The notes under the pieces: model-generated | Seen by the model: only the letters and a program-made list of their open reading frames with translations | What the model was told of the DNA's origin: nothing | Database searches by the model: none | Made by a program: the position numbers and the translations under genes | Source: Girardia tigrina | Lineage: Eukaryota | DNA: 53,187 bases | Assembly (NCBI GenBank): GCA_001938485.1 | Contig: MQRK01216559.1 | Coordinates: forward strand, 1-53,187 | Reading direction: 5' to 3' | In this document: positions 1 through 14,200 of the stretch, piece by piece | Layout: each line of letters starts with the position of its first letter | Numbering within the stretch: the stretch's first letter is position 1

Positions 1-1202
1 TAGTTTCAAGAACATCATCTTCACCGAAAGAAACTCGGAAGCCATTCAAAATGGTTGAAATATTTATTTCTTCCCAAGAAGAGACAATCCATTCAAAAAT
101 AGTATCCCAGTCAGCGGCTGTCATGTTGTTTGACTTAGTACGTTTGATATTCTCATATTCATTGATGATCCAATCCTCCCACTTCTTGCGCAATTTAGAT
201 TTGAAGGAACGGTTAACAGTGAGATCCAATGGCTGCAGCTTTGNNNNNNNNNNNNNNNNNNNNNNNNNNNNNNNNNNNNNNNNNNNNNNNNNNNNNNNNN
301 NNNNNNNNNNNNNNNNNNNNNNNNNNNNNNNNNNNNNNNNNNNNNNNNNNNNNNNNNNNNNNNNNNNNNNNNNNNNNNNNNNNNNNNNNNNNNNNNNNNN
401 NNNNNNNNNNNNNNNNNNNNNNNNNNNNNNNNNNNNNNNNNNNNNNNNAACCGGATCCATTAGCTGCAACAATAAGCTTTGATTCAGGAATGCAGATCTT
501 TGGAAGTGTCTTTCTGTCCAAAATAACAAAAGGAGGAAGTTTAGTACCATCTTTGAGAACACATAGATTGACAGTAAAACATTTTTTCTCGTGTCCTGTA
601 GTTTTAATTCGAACTTCGGTGGCACCTTTAGTATCAACTGTATAATCTGAAGGCATGTCACATTGAAAGGGCACTTCATCAAAATTCCCGATTTGATTAT
701 CGGGCAAATCCTTTACCAAGTCAGTGATGATGCTTCTATACTTAGCTACTTGAAATTCCCACTGTTTGGGTAACTGTTGCTTTGTTGTTGGCCGTCGAAC
801 ATCAAAATTTTTGCGTTTCATAAAATTATCGGCCCACTGGGAGCTCACAATAAATCTTTCAACCTTCATCTCTTTGGCAATAAGTTGTGCTTGTAATCGA
901 ATTTGTGTAACTGACACTTGAAGTTCGCGTTCACGTTGCTTTACCACCCATTCGTGTAATTTACATTCCAATTCTGGGTATCTAGCATTGCCACCACGCA
1001 ACGCTCTTCGATTTGGATTCATTGTTTTGATAACACGTTCTTGGGCGCTCCACAGTCGAATCACAGTTTCGTTAATTCCATATCGTCGCGCAGCTTCCCT
1101 TGTATTTCCTAATTGACGTGCTAATTCAATAATTTCTTTCTTCTTTGTTGAAGTAAAAGATCTTCGTAGTTTCTTTTGGTTTGGTTCTCCGTTGTCAGCC
1201 AT
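1..1202 (-). CDS. pogo-family transposase (Brinker-like HTH + CENP-B HTH + DDE_1), partial, contains N gap 244-448
   Basis: MADNGEPNQKKLRRSFTSTKKKEIIE...YPELECKLHEWV...NFDEVP...TTGHEK...LPPFVI. After the gap the frame reads KLQPLDLTVNRSFKSKLRKKW...ILNGF, open to the window edge. No stops visible in sequenced parts. Confidence 0.88.
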
Positions 1203-1586
1203 TGTTACAGATATAAAAAAATCATACAAAATGAAAATGACCTTGCAGTAATATTTAAACAAAATCATAAATTTTTACTATTTCATTAACAGATAGCATT
1301 TTATAAATCAGTTGTACCAGATCAAATTTGTTTAGTTCTTCTAAAAAGAAAGTAATAGTAAAAACATAAAACCCTAAAAAACTACTTAAAATTCTTACCT
1401 TTACAATATAGATAGACAGTCGATATTTTCTTGCAAGGACAAATGAGCAGCATGTTAAAAAGTGGAAAATCTGTTGCAAATAGTGCAGCTAATACGTGTT
1501 GCAGCTTATACGACTAAAAAGTACACTTCCAGAAATAGACTCTCTGCAGCCAATACGTGTTGCAGCTTATACACGGGATTTTACAG
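1..1586 (-). mobile_element. pogo/Tigger-superfamily DNA transposon (5' end and most of transposase; runs off window start)
   Basis: On the minus strand the element starts TA|CTGTAAAATCCCGTGTATAAGCTGCA (terminus at 1586, TA at 1587-1588). Duplicated subterminal motif GCAGCYAATACGTGTTGCAGCTTATAC at ~1485 and ~1547. Encodes the transposase listed next. Confidence 0.9.
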
Positions 1587-2276
1587 TATATATAAAAGGA
1601 AAATCTTCTGAATTTATTAATCTTTAATGAAATCATACGATTTTTCTTTTTGATGAAATTTTATTCAATAAATATTTATTTAGTTAGTCCTTCTACTGTT
1701 GTCAAAACTACTCAGTTTTTTATTATTATTCATATTCAAGTTCATCTAATGCATAGTATGTCAAAAGTCTTCATACATAAGAAAATTTAAGAAACTTATC
1801 TTATTTTTAAATTGTCGAAGTCCTAAAAGCTCATAACTATAGTAAGATTTTACGGTAATATCTCACTTAGCGCTTATGACATTTTCTGATACGCAAAGCT
1901 CTGAACAAAACAGTGTCATATTTTATTGAAAATATTTTTTTTACTTTCTTTTAGATATTGTAAATGAAATAGAATAAAAGAGAAACCCGCGATAAACTAA
2001 AAATTTAGTGCTCGTTTAGGGTTTAAGTAGACGCGTTATATCCAATTAGCATTATCGAAGAATCACTAATCCAGGTTATTTAAATAATCCACGTTAAAAT
2101 GATAATCATTAATGGTCCGATCAATTATAAAAAATAAATATAAAAAAAATTTAATGCATTTAATTTATGGATATTTTTAGATTCGATTTAAAAAAATTAT
2201 TTTGATTATCTTTTATTTCAAACTTAGTTTGTCATTATAAAACTTCTTCAAGACAACAATAATTCAACTTATTTAG

Positions 2277-5200
2277 TCATTACAAACTCAGTCCTCTATT
2301 GACGAGAATATTAAAAAGTTACAAAAACTTTCCAAGAAGATCGACTCTATATTTCCGGAGACCGTTTGCATTGAAACAAAAAATAAACTCAACAATTTGT
2401 TTGATCAATACACAGGTCTCCAAAATAGTACATGCAAAAAAATGCAAGATCTTATTGACTTTGGAAAATCTTTGAAACATTACATGGACAAATCGAATCA
2501 ACTGGAAGAGATTTGTTTCGGATTCGAAGACGAATTGAATAATATAAAACTGGATATTTTAAACCTTTATCAGTCAAAGCCTGATTTAGAACGTTTATCG
2601 GTAATTTATAAATCATGCTTTGCTAACCGCTTGCTAAGTACTTCACTTGTTGGAATATAATATGTTATTGTATTTATAACCTTTATTTTACAAGCGCGAA
2701 TATTTTTTTTGTTTTTGAATAAATATTAATAAAGAATATATATTTGATAAAGTCAGGAACACATTTTATAAATAATCAACTAATTTTTAATAACAAAATT
2801 TATATTTTCTACTCCCAAATTACTTTAATTAATTTTAGAATCTTGTCAAAGAAGTGAAAGCTCACGAACAAACTTTGGCAAATTTAAGTGAAGTTGGCGA
2901 AGATCTAATGAAAATTAGTTCAGGTTTTACTGCTTAACTATTTTTCAGACTTTTATTATTATTACTATTTCAATAGAAAATGATTCGATTGCGATTAGCA
3001 ATAAAATTAATACTTTAAAGAATTATTTTGAAGAAATATCTGTTAATGCTTCAAAGAAAATGAGTCTTTTTGAAAGCTCGATTCCCATAGCGGAAAGATT
3101 TTTACTGGCCAATAATAAATTGGATTTAGTCTTGCCATCTTTGACAGCTCTTGTGAAAGAAAATGACACTTTTAGTGGCCCAATGGGAGAACGAAACATT
3201 GAAATACTTGAAAACGAAACAACATCCGTTGAAAAACTTGTGTCTCAAGCTAGAAATGATTTGAATAAATTGAAATCTGTCGATGCTTTTGAAGCGTCTT
3301 TGGAGAAAGTCGAAGATTTGTTTGTTGAAAATGAGAAACGATTCAAGGAAGTGTTAAATGAAGTTAGTATTCTTTCTCAATATTATCTATTTTAAGTTAT
3401 TAAATAATTAAATTGATTTTTAAACATTTTTAAAATGGGCCCAGCACGAACACGAAATCTCCGACCTTCAAATCTGCCACTGCCACTCTATTACTACCAC
3501 CGTCCGGTCTGCAGGGTAACCTGCAGATCGGGCGGAACAATTGCATTTCTTTAAAATCAAATGATTGTGATTTTCGCACCCGTCTGAATGGAATTAAATA
3601 AGATTTATTTCTGTTTTTTCATCTTGTTTCTAAATAATTAATTTTCCCATTTGACTCTGATATTGATACTGACTTATATTGACTGTAAAATTGAAATGAA
3701 ACAATTTTTATCCTTATACCAATCGTAAACACAAAGTACAAACAAAACTCAATAAACATATATGATTATATTTCAGACATTAACAGTGCTAAATGTCAAT
3801 TTGAAGCCAATGACAATAATAGTTGACTTTTAATTGACAGTTATACAAGTTCAGAAAGAATTTTCCCTGAAAATAAATAAAAAGTAATATTTTGGGGTTT
3901 CTTTTTAAATTATTTTTTTGCAATTTAATACTTGCTACTGAATAATGTGTGTTTTGAAACGACAGATCGGGTGTCTCTGGCTTTTAATCATTTTCAATTC
4001 ATTTAATTAAAATAAAAGCTTTTAATATTCAAAAATTTTATATAAATTGGAATTAAATATGCTTTCATTTAGAAACTCTTATTATCTATCGAAGTATTAG
4101 CATTAATGTTATTGTCTTCACACATCGTGTTCCGAAACTCTTCTAGGAGTAGCACCTCATTCAACACAATTAGTATTTCACTGATGTATTTAAATATTCC
4201 GATCGTGATTAAATTTTCAAGCTTTAAAAACATTTTTAATTAATAATTTCAATTTTTACTAATCTAAAAGTATAATAATATTATTAATAAAAAAATTTTT
4301 TTATAAAAACAACCACGTTTTTCAAGCATTACCAATGCACTAAAAAGAGGAAAATAATTTTTTTTTCTAGACATGTGCGAAATTTTATACCTAACCAAAA
4401 ACGTGGGGCATAGAAATGATATATTGTTACTAAAAAGCAGTAAAGGGGAAATAGCAGTTACTAATAGCAGTAATTCAGAAATCCACCCCACGTTTTTGGG
4501 TTAGGTATAAAATTTCTCACATGTCTAGAAAAAAAATTATTTTCCTCTTTTTAGTGCATTGGTAATGCTTGAAAAACGTGGTTGTTTTTATATAAAAAAT
4601 TTTTTTATTAATAATATTATTTTACTATTTTTAGTTATCATTTAGGAATTCAGATCTTTCGATTGATTTCGAATAACAGAAATGATAATAAAACCAAAAT
4701 AACAAAGTTTTATTTTAATAAAAACAAGTTTTATTTCAAAATAATTTTTTTGTACGTATTAATTAATATTATTGATTTTTTTCATAAAGTTAAAATTTTC
4801 ATAAAATTAAATTATAGCATATGCCGTTTATGTAGAGCCGTAATGTTTTAAAATATTGTATTGTCCTCGGAAGCAAGCCTGTATATAAAAATTCAGCTCA
4901 ATTGGATGACTGAAAGTGGTCGAAAAATCAATCGCAAGATTTGTTGCAGACAGACAAACAGACAAGAAAGCAAGCTAATAGAAACGTAGTAAAATAGCAG
5001 ACAATTTCTAATATAATAATTGAGAATTGAAAACTGAATTTGATTCTACTTTAAAGAATTTTTGATCTATTAAATTTTCAATGTTTAGGTGACAAGAAAA
5101 GCTATAAAAATGGGTAGCAATAGAACAAAGGCTAAGATCCAAGAAGAAAATCTCGATGGTTGTCTGGAAATTATGTCGGAATACGAAAGTAAAATAAGTG

Positions 5201-8200
5201 ACATGAATGAAAGAATAAGCAATGAATATTCGAATCTTGAGGAATGTAAAAACGATTTTAAAATTTTATTATTATCTTGGAACGAAAAGAAAGAATCTAT
5301 TAATACAACGATTAATGATTCTAAAAAGTTAATTCGTCAAGTATGCAGTTTTATAACTTCTTTTATTTGTTTAATGATGTAAATAAACCAGGCACCCGGA
5401 TCTGATTTGAAGACCCTCCGCCAATCGGTAGATCGAGTCAAAAAACAAAGTCAAAACATCACGAAAACATTAGAAAATCAGCAACAGAAATTTGATGAAG
5501 CAATACCTTTGGCAAAAGAATATATAACAAACTTTAACAAACTAAAAGATTGGTTAATTGCAACTGAAGAAAGTATGTATCAAAACAAGATTAACAATCT
5601 TGATCCTGATCAATTACATAAAGCGGAGCGAGAAATAAAAGTAATGGATAGTTTCAATTTTAATGTAAATAGTAAATTACAATATTAATTAATTGTTATT
5701 CTAATTTAAAGGTTACCAACAAGCAGGTAATAAATAGATACAGTGATTGATTTACCCCATTTTTTAAAGAGCTTTTTATAGTTTTGGTGTAGTGATTTAT
5801 TTAAATCATTAGTTGTATTTATTTATTGTATTTAAAATTTTATTATTTATTAAGGAGCTTGCAAACTCTTGGGAAGATCAGAAACCCTTATTAGATGTCA
5901 TAATTAAAGCCGGCCAACCTCTTAGTCAAATCGTTAACAGGGTTCATGGAAAACATATCATTGCGAACATTGATGATGTGAAGAAACGGTATAATAACAT
6001 AAAAGATTTCATTAAAGTCCGAGCTACAGATCTCGAAAATATCATCTCTATAAATACAGAGGTAGTATATACGTAAATAATTACAATTTTTATTTCACTT
6101 TGTCCTTTAGTTAAACGAAAAAGTTGATCAGTGTACAAATCAGCTAGAAAATCTTAAAGACAGAATAAACGATTGCTATCAACCTTCAGTCCACCCAGAG
6201 AAACTCGAAGAAGAACTTGGAATGTTCGATGATATCAGCAATGATTTAGAGAAATTACAAAACTTTGTTGAAAAATTACAAGTGGGAATCGAAAAATGTT
6301 CTCCAACGAAAAAGAAATTCGAGGATGAAAATGAATCAGTTGAAAGTAAATTTCTATAGATTGTTATTTTTCAATAAAACGTATTTACATTTATACAATA
6401 TTATTAAAAAAGGTATGTAACACAATTTAAATCGATAAATATTACTTTTCCAGTCTCAAATCAAATAATCTTAACAAGAAGATTGAAGGAGAATTGTAAG
6501 ACAATTAATGTGGTTGAATCGTTGTTTTTGTTTTTGTCGTTCGCATGATAAATCTTTGAAATTAATCGACAAAAAACCTTTTGATTACTTTTATGTATTT
6601 ACGTAAATCTAAACGCAAATTGATATTTGACATTTGTTATTTAAAATATTCATATGAATAGTTATGTTGATAATTTTGATGTTTTGATTATTTGTATTCG
6701 CAACACTTTAAGAACCGCTAAATTATACTACAATCACTTTTTAGAGAAATGTATTATTTTTTGCAAAATTATATTATTATTATATAATCGTAATATGGAA
6801 TATGGTAATGTTAATGATAATATTATAATAAAATTGCTACTAATAATATTGGCAAGTTGGAGAATAATAGAAATAACGGTGAAGATGACGAGAATAAACA
6901 GAGTAAATTCAAAAATTTATTCCTATTTCCATAGTAAAAATAATGTCAATCAGGATTCAATACCAGAAAAGATATCGAAGATTTTGAACAAGGAAGATAA
7001 TCTAATATCAAAGTTTGACAAAGACAATGGCTTGATTATCCTGAACAAGGAAGATTAAGTGTTGAAAAAGAAGGAGATGGAAATAACAAACCGCAGCGGT
7101 TATTGTTGAGGAGCAACAGCGATTAAGGAAGAAACAAATCTGAAAACGTTATTGAATTTATTAGTAAAACAGAAATTTGTGTATGAGAAACTTGTAAATG
7201 CTAGAAAATGTCACTGAGCACAACCTGCTAAGTTATTAGGTTGTTCGATATGAAACGGGTCAAAATTAAAGTAAAATGTAAATCGATTTTTTTTAAATAA
7301 TAACATTTTATTTTTAATCAAAATATCCTCCCATGTTGTCAACACACTGTTNNNNNNNNNNNNNNNNNNNNNNNNNNNNNNNNNNNNNNNNNNNNNNNNN
7401 NNNNNNNNNNNNNNNNNNNNNNNNNNNNNNNNNNNNNNNNNNNNNNNNNNNNNNNNNNNNNNNNNNNNNNNNNNNNNNNNNNNNNNNNNNNNNNNNNNNN
7501 NNNNNNNNNNNNNNNNNNNNNNNNNNNNNNNNNNNNNNNNNNNNNNNNNNNNNNNNNNNNNNNNNNNNNNNNNNNNNNNNNNNNNNNNNNNNNNNNNNNN
7601 NNNNNNNNNNNNNNNNNNNNNNNNNNNNNNNNNNNNNNNNNNNNNNNNNNNNNNNNNNNNNNNNNNNNNNNNNNNNNNNNNNNNNNNNNNNNNNNNNNNN
7701 NNNNNNNNNNNNNNNNNNNNNNNNNNNNNNNNNNNNNNNNNNNNNNNNNNNNNNNNNNNNNNNNNNNNNNNNNNNNNNNNNNNNNNNNNNNNNNNNNNNN
7801 NNNNNNNNNNNNNNNNNNNNNNNNNNNNNNNNNNNNNNNNNNNNNNNNNNNNNNNNNNNNNNNNNNNNNNNNNNNNNNNNNNNNNNNNNNNNNNNNNNNN
7901 NNNNNNNNNNNNNNNNNNNNNNNNNNNNNNNNNNNNNNNNNNNNNNNNNNNNNNNNNNNNNNNNNNNNNNNNNNNNNNNNNNNNNNNNNNNNNNNNNNNN
8001 NNNNNNNNNNNNNNNNNNNNNNNNNNNNNNNNNNNNNNNNNNNNNNNNNNNNNNNNNNNNNNNNNNNNNNNNNNNNNNNNNNNNNNNNNNNNNNNNNNNN
8101 NNNNNNNNNNNNNNNNNNNNNNNNNNNNNNNNNNNNNNNNNNNNNNNNNNNNNNNNNNNNNNNNNNNNNNNNNNNNNNNNNNNNNNNNNNNNNNNNNNNN

Positions 8201-11200
8201 NNNNNNNNNNNNNNNNNNNNNNNNNNNNNNNNNNNNNNNNNNNNNNNNNNNNNNNNNNNNNNNNNNNNNNNNNNNNNNNNNNNNNNNNNNNNNNNNNNNN
8301 NNNNNNNNNNATATCTGTCAAGAAATACCTTATTTATTTTCATACGATAGTTCAAAGTTAAGTTATACGCGATTGAAATGTAAGGTGTGAAGTTTGACCC
8401 GTTTCATATCGAACAACCTAATATATGGATTACTGAAAGTTCATTAATATGCTTATCTTCTACGTCCAGTGTTATCAATGGTAGTGACTCCCCAGTACAG
8501 AGTTACTAAAATTCTGACTAGATTATTGAAGTTTTAATTTTAAATGAGTTAGAAGTTAAGGATAGCTTTGAATTCATAGACTTTATTTTAGACCACTCTG
8601 TTACGATTGAAAAAATGGTATGGTATTATTTGACGTGACAAGTTTGTTCACAAATATTCAAATTGATGATTCATTGTAATTAGTGAGGGGTTTGTGGAAA
8701 GAGGTTGATGTAATATTTAAAGATCAAGATCTATATTGGAAGTGAGAGGAGTTGCGTATCTATTTGTATTTACTACAAAGAATGAATCAGTTGTGTTCGT
8801 CAATAAGTAGTATAAGCAAATAGATTGAGTGGCAATGAGTTAACCTTTAGCATCTACTTTGACATCCATTTTTATACAATTCATAGAGAAATAAATGAAT
8901 TTGTTCACAAGAAATGAACCTTTGCTTTATAAGAGATATGTGGATGATGTTTTGTTGATATTTAAAGAAGAATCTCATATAGAATCGTTTTTGAGTTTCA
9001 TAAATAAAGGAAATCCTAATATAAAGTTCACAATTTAGATTGAGTCTAAAAACAGACTTGCTATTCTTGGATATTTTTATTAAAAACATGAATGGTAATT
9101 ACGAGACAGGAATCCACAGAAAGAAAACGAACACAGGACTTTATACTACACTAAACAGTTTTTGTGAGAAAAATACAAAAGAAATCTTTTCAAAGGCTTG
9201 ATATACAGAGTATGGTCTTTATTTTCAACCTTTACGTTAGCTCATAAAGGTTTCAACATTTTAAAGAAGAGACTGAATAATATGTACTCTTACTGCTTTT
9301 TGTCAATATTTTTAGTAATGTATTTTTATATTTAAATTTAAAATAAAAATCGTTCTTTATCTCTCAAAAAACGCTACGAATTAATTCCAACACCTAATAC
9401 AAAAAATCGTTAAAATATTATATTTTTTATTTAGTTCAATATTTCAGCAATTCTAATGAATAATCTGACGATTAATCATCCTTAAGAAAAATGAAAATGT
9501 GATGAATGGGGCAGTGCTGAAAATTCCTAGAATAAAAAAAGCAAAAATATAGGGGTATTTAGGCCATTTGGTTTTTATCATTTATTGCCTCTCATGTGTT
9601 ACTTTATTTAACTATTTTGTGTAAATTTACATTTAAATATCTTCATTGAACATTATATTTGAATATTTATTCGCAATATTGATACAAAAAATAATAAGAC
9701 TCATTTTATATGAAGGGTAAGAATTAGCCTACTTTTTCATCTTAATGGGGAAGAATTAGCAATCTGGTTCAAAAAAATTAATGATAATGAAATCTATAAA
9801 TTCAAATATCTAGTTGCATCTTGAGACTATTTGGTCCATCCTAATGGGCACCCAGCATTTTGGTATCAATTTTGCGAAAATCATTCGATTTGAATCAAAG
9901 TGTTCATATTTTTTATTTTCATCTTTTGAAATTAATTTTAATTAATTTAAGGTTTAAAAATTTTTATTTTAAGAAATTTAAAAGCCATTAAAAAAAGCAG
10001 CTCCTATTGACTTTTCCAAGATTGTGAAGATGCCGCACAATCAATGTTTGAGTAATTTTGAGTTCGGAGGATAATCTACGAGTGCTTGTTTTGAGAGATT
10101 TGTTTTTATGGCTTTACAGATTGCTTTAGACTTTACTGTCAAAGGGCGGTTTATACGCGACTTGTCTGTGAGGTCATGTCGTAGTCGTTGAAAATTTTAA
10201 ACCAATTTTACACAGTACGAACCGAAACCACATTGTCACCTTCATCGTTCAATATCTTCTTCATTACTGAAGCCTTATTTCCAATAAGCACTTAAAGGAA
10301 CACGATTTTCTAATTTTTTCTTGATGCTTTTAGAGGTTAAAAAATTCAATAAACGATCTTTTTATCAATTTTAACATATATTATTATAGAACAATTTCGT
10401 ACCTTTAAAAAAGAATGTAATTAATCTATACAAGTATGTTTTTTGTAGAAAAACAATTAGACAAAGAACATAAAAATTGGAAAGAACGTTTGGTTCACAA
10501 TAATAATTAACACCCTACATATGACTAGAAAAAGTTTGTGTTTGAGTCAAAAATTACTAGTGTCATAGATGTCATGGGACAGTGATTCCTAGAGTGTGGT
10601 GTGCATACCCATAGGGGTACACAGAAGGTTCATATTGGCTACACGAAAAATTAAGGAACATTAATGTGTAATATATCCCAGAAAATTCAAATTTAACCCA
10701 CAATGATAATAATTTTAAATATTTAGGTACCTTTCGATAAGTTTCTTTAGAATAAAATTAGCTTACTAATGAAAATAATTATAGAAAGAAGAAATTCTCA
10801 TTTAATTTGATAAATTAAATATATTTGTGGTTTTATCATCACTTGTCTGTTACAAATATTACAAAAAATCTTATTTTATTTTTCGTTGCTTATCTTGTCC
10901 ATTAGCTCACGATGATTTTAGACAACTTGAATGCATCTGCAACTGACTCAACTAAACCAAATACGCTTTCCCATTCGACAACGACTTTGTTTCAGAATCT
11001 TGCTCTTCACAATCTCCAACACTAAATTTATTAAATGTGCATAATTTTCCTTAGAGTTTATTTAAAATTAAAAGATTATCATATTAACAGTAATATAAGA
11101 AATAGAAAATCGAGATAATGTATACTGTGAGCGGTTCTTAAAGTGTGATTTCTAATCTCATAATTTTGTACTATAATTTAAATGATCTATATATGCATGC

Positions 11201-14200
11201 ATTGTTTTGTTGACAAATACAATAATTTTTAGAATTCTTTAGAAAATTTATTTTAATGTTTTTTTGATATTCATCATCCATTTCAGTCCTTGATAAGTTA
11301 GCAAAGATCTCAGACTCCAATAAAGATCTTTTGAAGCAATCTCTGGAATTTAAGGAAAAAATCAAACAATTACTCGAACTAGCAACTCAGTTCTGGAATA
11401 ATGTGAAGAATATTGAAGACAAGTTCAAACAAATTTCTTCCGATTTAAACGAAAGTGTTATTGAAGATATTAATACAAAATATGTGATTGAAAAGAAAGA
11501 CAGAGTAAAATTCAAGTTATTTTCTTTTTCAAACTGAAAAGTTTTGTTTAGATTGAGAATTTGAAAAAGGATATCGATTTATATCAAAATAAATTGGAAA
11601 CCATGAAGAAAAATGGTCTAGAACTGATTGCAAAGGTTAACAATCCAAATGAGACTCCCGATATCGAACAAATCGAAGAAGAATTGACAAGAATTTTCGA
11701 AAGCGTTCAAAACTCGTGTGATCAAAAGATGAAACATATTGATAAACAACAATCATTAATTGTGAAACTTGAAGTAAATTATCTTTCTCTGTAATTTATG
11801 TTCATTAGAAATATTAGGAAATGAAAGTGGAATTAGACGAGTGGTTTAAAGAACAAAATAATCGTTTATTTATCCTCGGACCACTTCCAAATGAAACAAG
11901 ACCTGTATTAAATCAAATTGAAAAGACAAAAGAATTAAAATATGAAATCGAACCAAAACATCGTGACATTGAATTGATAAATCAGCTCGGTTACCAACTG
12001 ACGAAAGGCTCACATCCAAATATTAAAAATCAAGTCAACAATACCTTAATTCGGATTAACGATTCCTGGGCTCGATTGTTAGATGGACTCGGTCAACGAC
12101 AGCATCAGTTGCAGTGCATTCTTCTCAGTCTCGGTGAATTCCACAGAGCCGTTGATGAATTCATGGAATGGATTATTAACACCGAAAGAAATCTTTCCAA
12201 TATCAAAATAGAACATGGAGATATTACTTTTCTTGAGATGGGTCTTGCTCAACATAAAGTAAATAATTTATATAAATTAAATACTCATTGCTGTTTTGTA
12301 TAAATATATAATTCAGATCATATAATAAATATATAATTCAGATTATAAGCAAACATTTTGATCGAAATCAGATTTTATTAATTTCCCTAAATCGGGAGAT
12401 TAATAAAATTAAAAATAAAGTTGGTTTATTTCTAATGTTTGGAAATAATAGTTTTTTTGGAATTATTTTTATCATATCGGTTTCGGATTACTTTACTTTC
12501 AATTAACTCTAGAACAATTTTCAATTATTTCTTCATTTTCAATATGTTTTATTATATTTACATCTAAATAGTTATACGATTTTTATCAAATATTTTCTTT
12601 AATTCTCTTCAATTTAGATGATTCGAGCTGATATGAACATTTCACAAGCTTCTATCAGTAAGATCGAACGAAAAGCAGCTGAGATTATCAAAGAGGATGT
12701 TTCCAGTCTTGGTCATGAAGCAACACAGCGTTTAGAACAATTAAATAAGTCTTGGGAAATGTTGAAAGAACATATTCGTACAAAACATTTCGAACTGGAG
12801 GACGCATTGAAAGAAGCATTAATATTCTATGGAGATCAACAGGAGATATTGAAACACATTGATGAATTAGGAAGTAAATTGGATGTATTCAAATTTTCCG
12901 GTGGACTTCCTGATTCTGCTAAAGAACAATTAAAACGATTTATGGACATTTATCGAACATTTCCAAAACTGAGCACTAGAGTTAGTATTATGTTTTATTA
13001 TCTTAGATTTGATTTTTGAAATTTATGTATTTCATTATAATTGTTATTTGTATATAGATTGATAGACTTTTGGAAGATGCTAAGGAAATTGAGAAAAAGT
13101 CTTCTGATTCAATTAGAGAAATGATAGAAAATGACACAGATAATCTTATTAAAAAATGGGCAGCGATTAAAACATTAGCAGAGTCGAGAAAAGTACGATT
13201 AGAGAAGGCAATCGAAACTGTTGAATCATTCCATTTGGATATGGGAAAGTTTATTAGCTGGTTAACTCTAACAGAAAAAAATCTGAATCAACAAAGACCA
13301 GTGTCAAGAATTGTAGCAACAATATTAGATCAAATTGAAGCCCACAGAGCATTGAAAAGAGATATTATATCACACAGAGAAGAGGTAATAATTAAATTTA
13401 TAGTATTATAATCTCTATTTTCTCTAAGACTGTGCACTCATTTTTTCTTTTCGCATGTATAATTTTTAATACATTTATATTGTTAAATTGTGGTCAAAAA
13501 TAACGTAGTGTCGCAATCACGGTAAATGGAGGTATGTATAACTAGACAAAACATTATTTGGAGTAAATATAAATTTTAGGTGTAAAACCTGCATATTTTT
13601 CCATTCTTTATATTAGCTTACTTTCTAGGTATGTATCCATGGAATTTAGAAACCTATTTTTGAAGGTTTTTTACTCAATCAATTTTCTTCAAACTTTGAA
13701 CACTTGCTCATTTTCGATAACAATAAATGATTATGCGAAAATTTGATCAAAAAAATTTTTTAAGATCCCAAAATGTGAAAAAAGCGGAAAATTCGGAGTT
13801 CCAGAACAATATTAATTGAAAAAGATCTATTTATAAATTATAAGTAGTTTATATTAATTTTATAGTGTTTTTTTAATTATTTTTTTAATTAAAACTTTGT
13901 TGGCAAAATAGAGTTCTGTTTGCATAAAGAATGGATATAAAAAATTTAATTTTTTGATTTAATAGTTGTAAATCAATATTACAACTTTATTATGTCATAT
14001 CATATACTGAGCAAATAATTAATTCATCATAAATGCATTTTCATTTTTGTCGTTTTAAAATATAAATTTAATTCCCAAATAAAATATGTGAATGATATTC
14101 TTGGTAACATTAATAAAATTATCACATTTCTCCAAAAAAAATCATTAGAAAAATTTATGACGTTAATTTAGATTTATTATGTATATTTAAAACAAATAAT

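Noticed and set aside
3435-3500. Possible tRNA or tRNA-derived SINE on the minus strand
   Set aside because: Only vague A/B-box resemblance; no cloverleaf could be folded.
7314-8361. Long ORFs of 335-342 aa in the ORF track
   Set aside because: They consist of N-gap translation only; the same applies to ORFs at 50858-51558 and 51-645.
6350-9400. Hammerhead ribozyme expected in Penelope-like terminal repeats
   Set aside because: No CTGANGA...GAAA core with supporting stems was seen by eye near the relic; an Infernal search would be needed.
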